24,000 nt of DNA from Candidatus Obscuribacterales bacterium (GCA_021732085.1 JAKFVQ010000030.1:69965-93964); one strand, 5' to 3'; positions 8,830 to 18,276 are shown, counted from the first letter of the stretch. Numbers and translations: made by a program. Notes: generated by a model from the sequence alone, not told the origin.

Positions 8830-10293
8830 ATGACAATTGAAAAACCGGAAGACGTCTGCCTCGATTTGCCACTTGAACAAATTTGGGAGCAAGCCCTGAG
8901 TATCCTCGAGAAGACGATCAAGGGTCCTTTCCTTGATGCCTGGGTTCGCGGGATGACGCTTTCGGCGATAAATCAATCGCAAGCTACTTTCAGCGTTGCC
9001 AACAGCATGGCGCTTGGTTGGCTTCAAAATGCCAAGCACGCGAAGAATGCCATTGCAGACGCCCTGGAGCAAATAACCGGGCGCAATTTGGAGATCGAAA
9101 TCAAAATCGACCCAACAGTCAAACCAAAGGTTTACACGCCTTCTATTGCTTCGATAACAGTCGCCCCGGATAGCCTGCCAGCAGGTCCTGGAGCTGGTTT
9201 CCCCAGCTCGCCGAAGCGTTCTTCGGAGCACGGAGAAACGGCGAACTTCGAAAGAAATTTGCGTTCGGAACAATCAAATCTAAATCCAAAACACATTTTC
9301 GAAACATTCGTCGTTGGCTCTAGCAATCGCTTTTGTCATTCGGCTTCCATGGCGGTCGCCGACAAGCCGGGAGCGTCTTACAATCCTCTCTTCCTTTATG
9401 GTGGTGTAGGACTCGGAAAAACACACTTATTGCATGCAATCGGCAATCACATTTTACGTATGGCACCAAATACGGTGGTACGTTATTTAACCTGCGAAAA
9501 ATTCACCAACGACGTGGTCAACTCAATTCGTCAAAATGACATGATCCAATTTCGCAAGAAGTACAGGACTGTCGATCTGCTTCTGATGGATGACATCCAG
9601 TTCATTGAAGGAAAAGAAGCAACGCAAGAAGAGTTCTTCCATACTTTTAACGCCCTGCGTGACAGCGGCAAGCAAATTGTTCTCACTAGCGATCGTCCTC
9701 CCAAAGCATTAGGACATCTGGAAGAGCGCCTGCGTAGCCGCTTCGAATGGGGGCTGATAGCTGATATCCAACCACCCGACTATGAAATGCGCCTGGCCAT
9801 CCTCAGCAAGAAAGCTGATCAGGAAGGAATGGCAATACCGGAAGATGTGTTGGCTTACATCGCGCGTAGTTTCTCAAGCAACATTCGTGAGCTGGAAGGC
9901 GCTTTGCTGCGCGCTCACGCATTTGGAAAGCTCACCGGCGAACCTTTGACTATGGTGTCGGTAATGCAAGTGCTTCAAACTGGAAACCAGCGGAAAGAGC
10001 GACCCCAACTGACAATCGATCAACTAATTGATGCAGTATCTTCGTATTACAAAGTTGAATCATCGGATCTTAAATCTTCGAAACGTTCACAGGATCTAAC
10101 GGTACCTCGACATATAGCTATGTATCTAGCACATGAGATCCTCTTGCTAAGTTACCCGCGAGTGGGGCAAGCGTTCGGAAATCGCAAACACACATCGGCT
10201 TTATATGCATACGATAAGGTTAAGCAATCGATCTCGGAAGACCCCGAAATTGCTAGGGCAGTTGGCGAAATCTCCCGTCAATTGGACCGTTGA
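8830..10293 (+). CDS. dnaA: chromosomal replication initiator protein DnaA
   Basis: Walker A GGVGLGKTHLLHAIG, Walker B LLLMDDIQF and the C-terminal DNA-binding helix VPRHIAMYLAHEIL...GNRKHTSALYAY are present. The track ORF starts at a GTG (8749) immediately after a stop. I prefer ATG 8830 (MTIEKPEDV...), but the start is uncertain. Confidence 0.9.
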   Translation: MTIEKPEDVCLDLPLEQIWEQALSILEKTIKGPFLDAWVRGMTLSAINQSQATFSVANSMALGWLQNAKHAKNAIADALEQITGRNLEIEIKIDPTVKPKVYTPSIASITVAPDSLPAGPGAGFPSSPKRSSEHGETANFERNLRSEQSNLNPKHIFETFVVGSSNRFCHSASMAVADKPGASYNPLFLYGGVGLGKTHLLHAIGNHILRMAPNTVVRYLTCEKFTNDVVNSIRQNDMIQFRKKYRTVDLLLMDDIQFIEGKEATQEEFFHTFNALRDSGKQIVLTSDRPPKALGHLEERLRSRFEWGLIADIQPPDYEMRLAILSKKADQEGMAIPEDVLAYIARSFSSNIRELEGALLRAHAFGKLTGEPLTMVSVMQVLQTGNQRKERPQLTIDQLIDAVSSYYKVESSDLKSSKRSQDLTVPRHIAMYLAHEILLLSYPRVGQAFGNRKHTSALYAYDKVKQSISEDPEIARAVGEISRQLDR

Positions 10294-10760
10294 GTGCTTT
10301 TAGAAAAGCTGTAGAAAACTTGTGCATTGTCTGTAAGAGATCTGTACGACAAGTTTTCGGGCACAGATCACAAGCAGATCGATAAACACAGGCCGAGAAC
10401 ATCTTATCTACAGCCCAGATCTAAGCAGCTCAATGTTATCCAGGGTTATCTACAGAAAACGAGCTCCCTTACTAATACTATTTATTTATTTCAGAGAAAG
10501 AAAGAACAGAAGCAACTAACAAGAGTGATTGAGATTGGCTTGTAGCAACGATCCGGAAAGATATCGATCACGATCCCCTTATCCAAACGATATGCAAAAC
10601 GCTGATCAGATCCTGATCGGATCCGATTTCGATCCAGATCAATATGTTCAACCAAACGACAAGTTCCAGAAGGTCAGCGAATATTCATGCTGGGAAGCTT
10701 GCGAATTCCTCGCGGGATCTGTAATCTTTAGAGCATAGTTTTCTTCACGGGTGAGAAGCC
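10294..10760. promoter_or_regulatory. putative chromosomal origin of replication (oriC) in the dnaA-dnaN spacer
   Basis: Four co-oriented DnaA-box-like 9-mers: TTATCTACA (10404-10412), TTATCCAGG (10436-10444), TTATCTACA (10446-10454) and TTATCCAAA (10579-10587). An AT-rich tract ACTAATACTATTTATTTATTT lies at ~10471-10491. There are 14 GATC sites between 10339 and 10719. No credible ORF. Confidence 0.6.
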
Positions 10761-11945
10761 ATGCACTTTGCCATTCAGAAAGAGGTTTTGGTAAAAGCTC
10801 TCAGAGATGTGAGCAACGCAATCGCTAACAGGGTTGTTCAACCAGTCTTGAGTAACGTACTGATCGAAGCAGTAGATAGCGTAACACTCAGATTCACTGG
10901 AACAGACCTTGATCTCACCATCCGCACGAATACACCAGCAGTTGTTTACACGTCAGGATCAATAACGCTGCCCGGTAAGAAACTTCTCGAAGTCGTTTCG
11001 AAGTTGGCTAACGATCTCGTATCTTTTCAAATCAACCCGGAAAACCAAGAAACTACAGTTACGTGCCAAAAGTCGAAGTTCTCTCTATCAGGACTTTCAG
11101 CACAGGACTATCCGAAAATCGGTGACGCCAGCGCAAGCGAAGGCTTCTTGATGCCGACCGACATTCTTCGCCGCTCAATCATTCAAACATCATTTGCAGC
11201 AGCTACTTACGACGTTAGCAGCATCCTTGGCGGTGTTTATTTGCTCGTTCAAGATGGTGCCTTCGAAGCGACAGCCACAGATGGTAGCCGCCTGGCGCAT
11301 AGACGTGAAGAGTTGAACGTAAGCGCGCCGGCGTCACGCAAGACAGACGGCGACAAAGAGACCGCAGCAAAGTCGAGTACAGCTACTCTCGAGAAGCCAC
11401 ATGAATTGAAAGCAATCGTGCCGGCACGTGCGTGTACTGAGCTGCTGAAAATATTTGATAGCAAAGAGCCTGGAGCGCGTGTTCGCGTAGCAGTTGTAGA
11501 CGGACAGATTGCATTTGAAAGCGATTCGCACTTTGTTCTCACACGTTTGATCGGTGGCGAGTATCCTCGTTACCACGAGCTCTTCCCAACTGAATTCACT
11601 TATCTAGCGCAATTTAAGCGCGAAGAATTATTGGCAGCCGTAGAGCGCGTTGCGGTCATGTCAGACGAAAGAACAAACTTGATCAAGCTGCACTTCGAGG
11701 CAGAGTCCGTACAGGTGAGCTCCAACACGCCAGACGTAGGACGCGCACAGGAAGAAGTTTCCAGCAAGTTCGAAGGACAAGTTCTCGACATCGCCGTTAA
11801 CGTACGTTACGTTCTTGATGTACTTCAAAAATTGAGCTCATCCGACGTCCGTCTAGAAATGACGGGACCTTTGAAGCCTCTGATTTTCAAGGGTGAAGGG
11901 GAAGATAATTACAAATATCTCCTCATGCCGGTGCAGGCTAGATAA
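10761..11945 (+). CDS. dnaN: DNA polymerase III beta sliding clamp
   Basis: 394-aa ORF directly after dnaA. The N-terminus MHFAIQKEVLVKALRDVSNAIANR...PVLSNVLIEA and the C-terminus YKYLLMPVQ are typical of DnaN. An extra charged insert sits at ~aa 185-210. Confidence 0.9.
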   Translation: MHFAIQKEVLVKALRDVSNAIANRVVQPVLSNVLIEAVDSVTLRFTGTDLDLTIRTNTPAVVYTSGSITLPGKKLLEVVSKLANDLVSFQINPENQETTVTCQKSKFSLSGLSAQDYPKIGDASASEGFLMPTDILRRSIIQTSFAAATYDVSSILGGVYLLVQDGAFEATATDGSRLAHRREELNVSAPASRKTDGDKETAAKSSTATLEKPHELKAIVPARACTELLKIFDSKEPGARVRVAVVDGQIAFESDSHFVLTRLIGGEYPRYHELFPTEFTYLAQFKREELLAAVERVAVMSDERTNLIKLHFEAESVQVSSNTPDVGRAQEEVSSKFEGQVLDIAVNVRYVLDVLQKLSSSDVRLEMTGPLKPLIFKGEGEDNYKYLLMPVQAR

Positions 11946-12008
11946 CCTTGTGATATACTGCACTGGTCGGCTCACAGAAGTGAGTCCGATTTGAGTCCAA
12001 GAAATTCT

Positions 12009-12082
12009 GGGATCGTAGCTCAGCTGGTTAGAGCGCCTGCCTGTCACGCAGGAGGTCGCGGGTTCGAGTCCCGTCGGTCCCG
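12009..12082 (+). tRNA. tRNA-Asp (anticodon GTC), no encoded CCA
   Basis: Manual cloverleaf: acceptor GGGATCG/CGGTCCC, D-arm GCTC-AGCTGGTTA-GAGC, anticodon arm CCTGC-CTGTCAC-GCAGG, T-arm GCGGG-TTCGAGT-CCCGT, discriminator G. Confidence 0.9.
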
Positions 12083-12104
12083 AATTTTTTTTCAATAGTT
12101 GTTA

Positions 12105-12128
12105 GGTGAACTTCGGTTCGCCTTTTTT
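12105..12128 (+). terminator. rho-independent terminator after tRNA-Asp
   Basis: Stem GGTGAAC / GTTCGCC with a TTCG loop, followed by TTTTTT. Confidence 0.6.
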
Positions 12129-12335
12129 GCTTTTAAAAGGTGATACAGAACACGTCGACTGACAGCAGTCGTCTATCCGCCGCTAGCGCGTACATCCTGG
12201 ACGCATTCACGTCCCGTGCTATCTATGAAATTGTGTCTAAAACTTCCACGACTTGCCGACAGTAAAGTTGAGCAATCCGCCAATTTTGACGTTTACATCA
12301 TTGCCTAAAGGTATTTTTGGTTCAGCCTTCTGCTG

Positions 12336-12617
12336 CTAGAACTCGGACATCTTAGGGTCGCGTTCGAAGTCATAGGCTGGGAGATTTTTGTCTTTCAGTT
12401 TGTTGAGGTCCACACTTCCTTGCAACTGTTCGTTCGCGTGCGGACCATGAATGCGATTCTGAGACCGCAGAGTTGCCCGTACGTCTCGTAAATCGAATTG
12501 GTCCAAAGAGAGGCTTGGAAAAGATGTCTGCTTGCTCTCAGGGCTCTCAAATAACTCTGCTGATCCACCCATGGGTGCACCTCTGGATTGCGGGTATCCA
12601 AAGCGATGATATGACAC
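12336..12617 (-). CDS. hypothetical protein (93 aa), weakly supported
   Basis: The ORF is open only from a GTG. No clear RBS and no recognisable motif. Confidence 0.3.
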   Translation of the reverse strand: MSYHRFGYPQSRGAPMGGSAELFESPESKQTSFPSLSLDQFDLRDVRATLRSQNRIHGPHANEQLQGSVDLNKLKDKNLPAYDFERDPKMSEF

Positions 12618-12948
12618 GCAAAATCGTCCGACTATGTGGACGTTACGTAGTCGTTGGTGATTAGCGTTTAAGAAACAGTCGAATTAGAAGTTCCAGGTCT
12701 TCTTTATCGTGATGTCGATATTGTTGTCGGAACGTCCGTACGGGTTGGTTGTGTCGTAGGGCTTGCGATTATCGTTTGTCGAACCAGTTCCAATCACCGC
12801 GAATTCATATCGGGAACCTACGAAGACCTTCTTTGAATTTGGACAAATTGATGACAGTCTGGTTTCGGCGTTCATGTTTCGGGGGATTGAAATTTTGCAA
12901 AACAAGGAAAAATGACATGGATGTCGTTCAGATCCGCTGGAGCTAGTA

Positions 12949-14649
12949 ATGGGAATTCCAAGATCAAGGACCAAAAGAAAACGTTCTTTGCGCAGCGGCT
13001 ATTTTGTTAGTCTTGCAGGTACTCTTTCTCTGTCCTTATTAGCCGGATTTATGCAGTCCAGCGATGCGGAGAGCATTTACGATCAGGTCATGCGATCAGA
13101 GAGAGCCAAACAGCAAAAGAATTCATCAAGTACTAATGCAGGAGCAAGTAACGCCATCACTGGTGGTGCAGCGAATTCGTCTCCATCTTCAGGGCAGTCC
13201 CCATATCCCTCTAGTGTGCAAGGACAATCTCCAAATCCTTCAAGCGCGCAAAGCGATGGCTCCAATCCAACTGGCGGTCAAGGTGGATCCGGAGTCCGAA
13301 CTCCATCCAAAGTACAAAATGCAGTAAATCGCGGCATACAGAGCGGTATACAAAGAGGGTTGAACCATGGCACCAATGCTATTGATAGGCTTGGTAGAAA
13401 GTTTGGAATTCAGGGACTTGGGTCGAGTTTGAGCTCCCCAAATGGAATGTCGATTCCCAATGGACAGTCAATTCCCAATGGACAGTCAATTCCATCAGGA
13501 GGGCAGCCTTATTCGCCCGCGCTCGGATCTCAAGCAAACGGACCTGAAGAGTCGTCTTACAGAAGGCATGTCACGCCATCTGTTTCTCAATCAAGCGGGG
13601 CGAACGATGATGGCAGAGCCGCTTGGGAAGCAGCGGGCAAACGTGCTCGCGAATCACAAAATAATGCGTATCTTACATCAGCGCAAAATGCTGAAGCTCG
13701 CGGAGATTGGATGCAGGCAGCATTTGCGTACAATCAAGCAATGGGTGACACGATTAGAACAGAAGATGACGAAGCAGGAAGAAGGAATCACACAGGCTCT
13801 AACGATGAGATGATTAAAAGGCAAGCACGGGATCCCGCTTTCAAGACGTTGAACATGAAGTCAGCCTATTGCTGGACTCAGTTAATCAACCAGATATATG
13901 CTGGCCAGGTCAAGAATGTTGACCCTAGGCATTGTGAAAGTCAGCTGGAACACAGCTATGCTTATTTGAAACTGCGTGACCCAGGAAATGCTGCCTGGCA
14001 TTATCTCGATGCGGTCTATTATTGCTCCGACAATAGAACAAAAGACTGGCACTACATTCTTGCTTGGAATCGAATTATCGATGCGCTTAAGTGTCCGCGA
14101 CTTACACCATCCATCAAAGCGAAGTGCTTGGCGTTGCAGGCCCATATCAAGCTAGCAAAAGAGCTACAACAAAATGACATGAGACGTGCCGTTTTTAGCA
14201 TGGAACAAGACCTTGTTTGGAATGTCGAACATCCCCACATAGCGGGCACAGAATACAGCACTTCCAGGGTTCAGATTGACGAAACGCATGAACGAGTGAC
14301 GACATATGCGAGGGATTATCTGAATACGGAACTTTGGGCTGTCGAGACCTACGATGATTGCAAAAAGGACATAGCGCAGAACTTCCCTGCATTCAAAACT
14401 AAATGGTTGAAACAGCTGAACGATATGATGGCCATGCCTAATCACGGGATGCCTGTGCCACCAGGTCCTTCCAATGAAGAGCCTGCGATATACTGCCCTC
14501 CTCGTTGGGAAGAGCTCGCTTTTGGTCCGTTGGATCTTACAATTGGAAGACAGTATCCTAATGGTGGACCTGGAAGCGGCCACTGTGATCCCGATCTTCT
14601 TCCGCGAGCCTATATTCAGGCGATGAACCGGAAAGTTAAAGGCAAGTAG
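12949..14649 (+). CDS. secreted hypothetical protein with S/G/Q/P-rich low-complexity N-terminal half and Cys-containing C-terminal domain
   Basis: GGAG lies 6 nt upstream of the ATG. A basic N-terminus plus the hydrophobic segment YFVSLAGTLSLSLLAGFMQSSDA looks like a signal peptide. The 566-aa ORF has no family I recognise. Confidence 0.75.
   Translation: MGIPRSRTKRKRSLRSGYFVSLAGTLSLSLLAGFMQSSDAESIYDQVMRSERAKQQKNSSSTNAGASNAITGGAANSSPSSGQSPYPSSVQGQSPNPSSAQSDGSNPTGGQGGSGVRTPSKVQNAVNRGIQSGIQRGLNHGTNAIDRLGRKFGIQGLGSSLSSPNGMSIPNGQSIPNGQSIPSGGQPYSPALGSQANGPEESSYRRHVTPSVSQSSGANDDGRAAWEAAGKRARESQNNAYLTSAQNAEARGDWMQAAFAYNQAMGDTIRTEDDEAGRRNHTGSNDEMIKRQARDPAFKTLNMKSAYCWTQLINQIYAGQVKNVDPRHCESQLEHSYAYLKLRDPGNAAWHYLDAVYYCSDNRTKDWHYILAWNRIIDALKCPRLTPSIKAKCLALQAHIKLAKELQQNDMRRAVFSMEQDLVWNVEHPHIAGTEYSTSRVQIDETHERVTTYARDYLNTELWAVETYDDCKKDIAQNFPAFKTKWLKQLNDMMAMPNHGMPVPPGPSNEEPAIYCPPRWEELAFGPLDLTIGRQYPNGGPGSGHCDPDLLPRAYIQAMNRKVKGK
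13438..13500 (+). repeat. in-frame 18-bp tandem repeat (~3.5 copies) encoding (S/M)IPNGQ units
   Basis: ATTCCCAATGGACAGTCA at 13453-13470 is repeated exactly at 13471-13488, with degenerate flanking copies. The protein reads PNGMSIPNGQSIPNGQSIPSGGQ. Confidence 0.8.
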
Positions 14650-14702
14650 GAATGGATGGGTGCGTAATTTTGGCTCACTGTTAGCTTGCGGAGTTCATCG
14701 AG

Positions 14703-14731
14703 GCGCGACAGCTCGTGTGCGCGAAATTTTT
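14703..14731 (+). terminator. possible terminator between convergent genes
   Basis: Hairpin GCGC(g)ACA-gctcg-TGTGCGC, followed by GAAATTTTT. Confidence 0.4.
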
Positions 14732-14754
14732 CTGCAACAACGAAAATGCCTGCT

Positions 14755-17112
14755 TCACTGAATTAGCGATACCATGCGAGCAAAACGGATCATTTTGCTG
14801 TAGGTGGGGTTCATTACAGGCTTGTTTCCTTCACCCCAATATGTGCCGGCCCAATAGCCAATAGGATTGTCGTCGGTGGAGAGAATTAAGCGTATGCTAC
14901 CTTTACCGAGTCCATCACGATGGCTCTGATGAGCATTTGGTGGAAGCTGCTCGGGAGCAAAATGATAAACAGAAGAACTATCTATTACTGGAATCTCAAT
15001 GTAGCGATAGCCGTTTTCTTCACGGATCTGGCTTGGTTGATCGAGTACGATCATCACGTGTCCTGTGTTCGTTGATTCAGTTGACCCTTCCTTCCATGCA
15101 ATGAAGTCTCCTGGTTTGAGATTGCGCCAGTTCGAGATTCCAAGCCAGCCGTTTGTTGGTTGATTTGGATCAAGCGTGTTGAAGAAGGAAGCCCAGACTT
15201 TAGCCTGTGGATAACTAGCGTTAGGTTCTCGTTCGCGAACTACTGCATAATGTCGAGGGCCGATTGAATGGACAACATAACTAATGAATCCTGAGCAATC
15301 GGTGTGAGCTTCCATTGAACCGTTGGCATTGGTAACCACTTGTCTTGAGGCTGATACTTCGTGGTGTGAATACCGAACGTCAACTGAGTTATCGAAAATT
15401 GATTCAGCAAGGCGCAACACCTGGTTACTCAGCGGTGTTAATGCCGTAGTGCTTTTTCCATCGGTTTTTAAGACTTGATTTTTTGACTCCGCGATACTTG
15501 CGCTTGGGTGTTCGGATGGCTGAACCAGAGAAGACAATCGCTCAGGAGTGGACGCGCGATGCTCGTAAAGCCAACGGATAGCATGCAATTCGGACTGCTT
15601 CATGCCTGGAGTTTCTTCGGGGTGCGGACTGATGATCAAGATCGAGCCACGTCCATACTTTGAGTAAATGATAGCGGGTGCACCAATCATGACACCGGGT
15701 TCCCCTCCGTCCCCAACGACTTCGCTTCGAAAGAACGCCAGCGGTTTGAACGAAGGATCTGGGGTCTCAAAAGGAGGCGCAAAAATTGGACCGTTTTCGT
15801 ATACTATTTTTACCATCTTATCTTTTATGCCGAAGATCTCCATGGCGGCAGGTGTCAGTTCTACGTCGACTAGTGGTGCGCCGGCAGTTCTGTACCAATG
15901 CTTTTCGTCAACTGTTTTTAGAGGAAGGATGCCCAGGTACGCATCTTTCAGGCTGGATACCAAATATGCCCCGGCACACACCCCTAGGTAAATACCGCCG
16001 TTTTGAATGAAGCGTTTTACTTCGTCACGGGCTGCAGGGCCCATTGCATACGATTCGGTTGTTGCTGAACCTCCCGGTATCACCAACGCATCAAAGTCTT
16101 TAAGTACTCCGTTGCGAATATCGTTGCCATCAATTTTCTGATATCTAATAGTTTCATCGTTGTTCCTGCTGAACTCTTTGGAAAATTCACTGGCCTCTGT
16201 GCCACTGTCGATGAATAGCGCCACGCGAATTCTTTCAGTAAGACCAATTGGACCTTGGTTGGTTTTGCTAGCGATGGTCGACTCCGGTTCTGCTTTAGGG
16301 ACGATACCGATTACTGGTCCGCCTTTTGCTTTGTGTCGATAAAGCCAGCGAACTGCATCCAATTCCATCTCGTGCAATCCTGGTGTCTTCTCTGGATGGG
16401 GGCTAATTGCGAGCACAAGTCCGAGTCCGTACCGAGAGAGCACCATTGCTGGCGCACCCAGCATGACACCTTGTTCACCGCCTTTGGCTACAACCTCAGT
16501 ACGAAAGAAGCCGAGCGGTGAGAAACTACTGTCCGGACGCTCGAGCGGCGGACCAAAAATGGGTCCGTTTTCGTAGAGTATCTTTAGATTGCTGGATTTT
16601 CTATTAAATACTTCCATGCCCAGTGGATTCAATTCTACGTCGACGGGTGTACCATCGGCTGTTCTGAACCAATGTTCTTGATCAAGTGTTTTTAGAGGCA
16701 ACAAGCCTAAATCGCTTTCCTTTGCTTGGGAAGCAAGATAAGCTCCTGCACAAATGCCCATATACAGCCCGCCACGGTCGATGTAGCGTCTGACCATTTC
16801 GCGAGCATCCGCTCCGAGACTCTGGGCTTCTTTGAGCGCACTGCCTCCTGGAACAATCAGAACGTCGGTGTCATTGAGCACACCATTTGTGATGTCGTCA
16901 CCATTGATGCTTTTCCAATTGAAATCGTCGGCATTCTGGAGATCTCGAGTCAGATTTTTTTTTGCAGGAGCTGAAACTCCGCGACCTATGAAAAGTGCTA
17001 CTCTAATCTTCTGGTCTTGGGCCTGGAGCGGAATTGAGCTAGTTAGACAATAGCTGAAAAATAGCATGATAACCAGGCTCCCCAAGAGGCGCGTTGATGC
17101 CGGATTTGTCAT
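14755..17112 (-). CDS. secreted multidomain hydrolase: two tandem class-I glutamine amidotransferase-like (BPL_N / peptidase C26-like) domains plus C-terminal NlpC/P60-type cysteine peptidase
   Basis: Signal-like N-terminus. Two ~230-aa repeats each contain VPGGSA, G(I/V)CAGAYL (nucleophile elbow) and SPHPE (His-x-Glu). The C-terminal region has DCSGFISYV and TGHVMIV, the Cys/His motifs of NlpC/P60. Confidence 0.85.
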   Translation of the reverse strand: MTNPASTRLLGSLVIMLFFSYCLTSSIPLQAQDQKIRVALFIGRGVSAPAKKNLTRDLQNADDFNWKSINGDDITNGVLNDTDVLIVPGGSALKEAQSLGADAREMVRRYIDRGGLYMGICAGAYLASQAKESDLGLLPLKTLDQEHWFRTADGTPVDVELNPLGMEVFNRKSSNLKILYENGPIFGPPLERPDSSFSPLGFFRTEVVAKGGEQGVMLGAPAMVLSRYGLGLVLAISPHPEKTPGLHEMELDAVRWLYRHKAKGGPVIGIVPKAEPESTIASKTNQGPIGLTERIRVALFIDSGTEASEFSKEFSRNNDETIRYQKIDGNDIRNGVLKDFDALVIPGGSATTESYAMGPAARDEVKRFIQNGGIYLGVCAGAYLVSSLKDAYLGILPLKTVDEKHWYRTAGAPLVDVELTPAAMEIFGIKDKMVKIVYENGPIFAPPFETPDPSFKPLAFFRSEVVGDGGEPGVMIGAPAIIYSKYGRGSILIISPHPEETPGMKQSELHAIRWLYEHRASTPERLSSLVQPSEHPSASIAESKNQVLKTDGKSTTALTPLSNQVLRLAESIFDNSVDVRYSHHEVSASRQVVTNANGSMEAHTDCSGFISYVVHSIGPRHYAVVREREPNASYPQAKVWASFFNTLDPNQPTNGWLGISNWRNLKPGDFIAWKEGSTESTNTGHVMIVLDQPSQIREENGYRYIEIPVIDSSSVYHFAPEQLPPNAHQSHRDGLGKGSIRLILSTDDNPIGYWAGTYWGEGNKPVMNPTYSKMIRFARMVSLIQ

Positions 17113-17294
17113 TTTTGGTTTCCCCCCAACTAGTTAGCAGCTGAAGGAAGTATTCTACCGTTAGTTAAGTGTGATTTCATCGGATCGATGAGCTAGAATG
17201 CCGGATTGTCGATGAAGCTGCCGTTTGGCATTTTCTTGGCATTTGTTTGTCAGTTTCATGGCACGAAACTGCGTGAAACCGGCATGAATAGTCG

Positions 17295-17323
17295 TTGACG
17301 TGAGATTCGTTTAAACACATAAT
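17295..17323 (+). promoter_or_regulatory. putative sigma70-type promoter for the LysM protein gene
   Basis: TTGACG (17295-17300), 17-nt spacer, CATAAT (17318-17323). It lies ~35 nt upstream of the ATG at 17358. Confidence 0.4.
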
Positions 17324-17357
17324 CAAGTCAAAGGGATGGATTGGGAGAGTTCAAAAA

Positions 17358-18179
17358 ATGCATCATCGAGAAAGAGATTTCAGCGCGGACAGAATTCAGA
17401 GCGCCATACTAGATGGGGTTAATCGTGATGGAAAGCCGGATCTAACTGAAGCACAACGTTTGCTGAACGCAGCGTTTTTGAATTTGCCATCGGAGAAATT
17501 CAACAAAATTGCGACTGATCTTGAAGTCCGCAATAGTGATTACCAGTGGCAGAAAGAGGAGGACGAACGCTCCGGCAGGACTCGACATGGCAATATTGCA
17601 AGCGGTTTAGGAGATGTGTCTGTTCATCGCGACCGGCATGGGAATGTTGTCGCTATGGTAATCAACGATTCTAAGGGATGGCACGCTATGGGTGCCGATA
17701 TCGTCGGAACGCGCGTTTTTGATGCAGGCAATCCAAAATTGTTGGATACAGGTCGAGTAGCGCAGCATCGCACTGAATACGCTTCTGTGCTGCCTCAGGA
17801 GAATGTGGTTAACCAATCAGTGTCGAACCGAATAGAAGTAAGACCGTTGCCCGCTCCTGCCCAACGAATCATGGCTCCGGAGATGATGATGCCGCCGGAT
17901 CAATATTCGCGCGGGCTTAGACAAGATATTGTCGATTGTTCGACCTATACGATAAGGAAGGATGATAATTGGTTGGTTATTGCGCAAAAATTGCATCCCG
18001 AGTTGCATCGCTATCGGGATTTACTTGATGAAGCCCATCGCTTGAAAGCCATCAATGGCGGTACCATTAATTTGAGAGTAGGTCAAAAAATTGCCACCAG
18101 AGATGCATACGATATTGACCGTGAGGTGCGCGCGCGCATGGCTCATGCTTATGGATGGAATCGTAACCGTCAGTATTAA
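17358..18179 (+). CDS. hypothetical protein with C-terminal LysM-like peptidoglycan-binding domain
   Basis: RBS GGGAGAG is present. The C-terminus YTIRKDDNWLVIAQKL...INGGTINLRVGQKIA fits the LysM pattern. The N-terminal 190 aa are unassigned. Confidence 0.7.
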   Translation: MHHRERDFSADRIQSAILDGVNRDGKPDLTEAQRLLNAAFLNLPSEKFNKIATDLEVRNSDYQWQKEEDERSGRTRHGNIASGLGDVSVHRDRHGNVVAMVINDSKGWHAMGADIVGTRVFDAGNPKLLDTGRVAQHRTEYASVLPQENVVNQSVSNRIEVRPLPAPAQRIMAPEMMMPPDQYSRGLRQDIVDCSTYTIRKDDNWLVIAQKLHPELHRYRDLLDEAHRLKAINGGTINLRVGQKIATRDAYDIDREVRARMAHAYGWNRNRQY

Positions 18180-18239
18180 TCTAGTCTTGCATCGGAATTC
18201 AGAGACTAACTAAGGGCTTGGTGAATCTCTTTGCTCAAA

Positions 18240-18276
18240 CGCCAGATCTATAACAGGTCTGGCGCTATTCTTTTTG
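18240..18276 (+). terminator. rho-independent terminator
   Basis: Stem CGCCAGA / TCTGGCG (18240-18264), followed by CTATTCTTTTT. Confidence 0.6.

Noticed and set aside
8761-9326. 170-aa and 64-aa minus-strand ORFs
   Set aside because: They are antisense within dnaA.
11853-12095. 80-aa minus-strand ORF
   Set aside because: It overlaps the 3' end of dnaN and the whole tRNA-Asp gene, so it is an artefact of the tRNA sequence.
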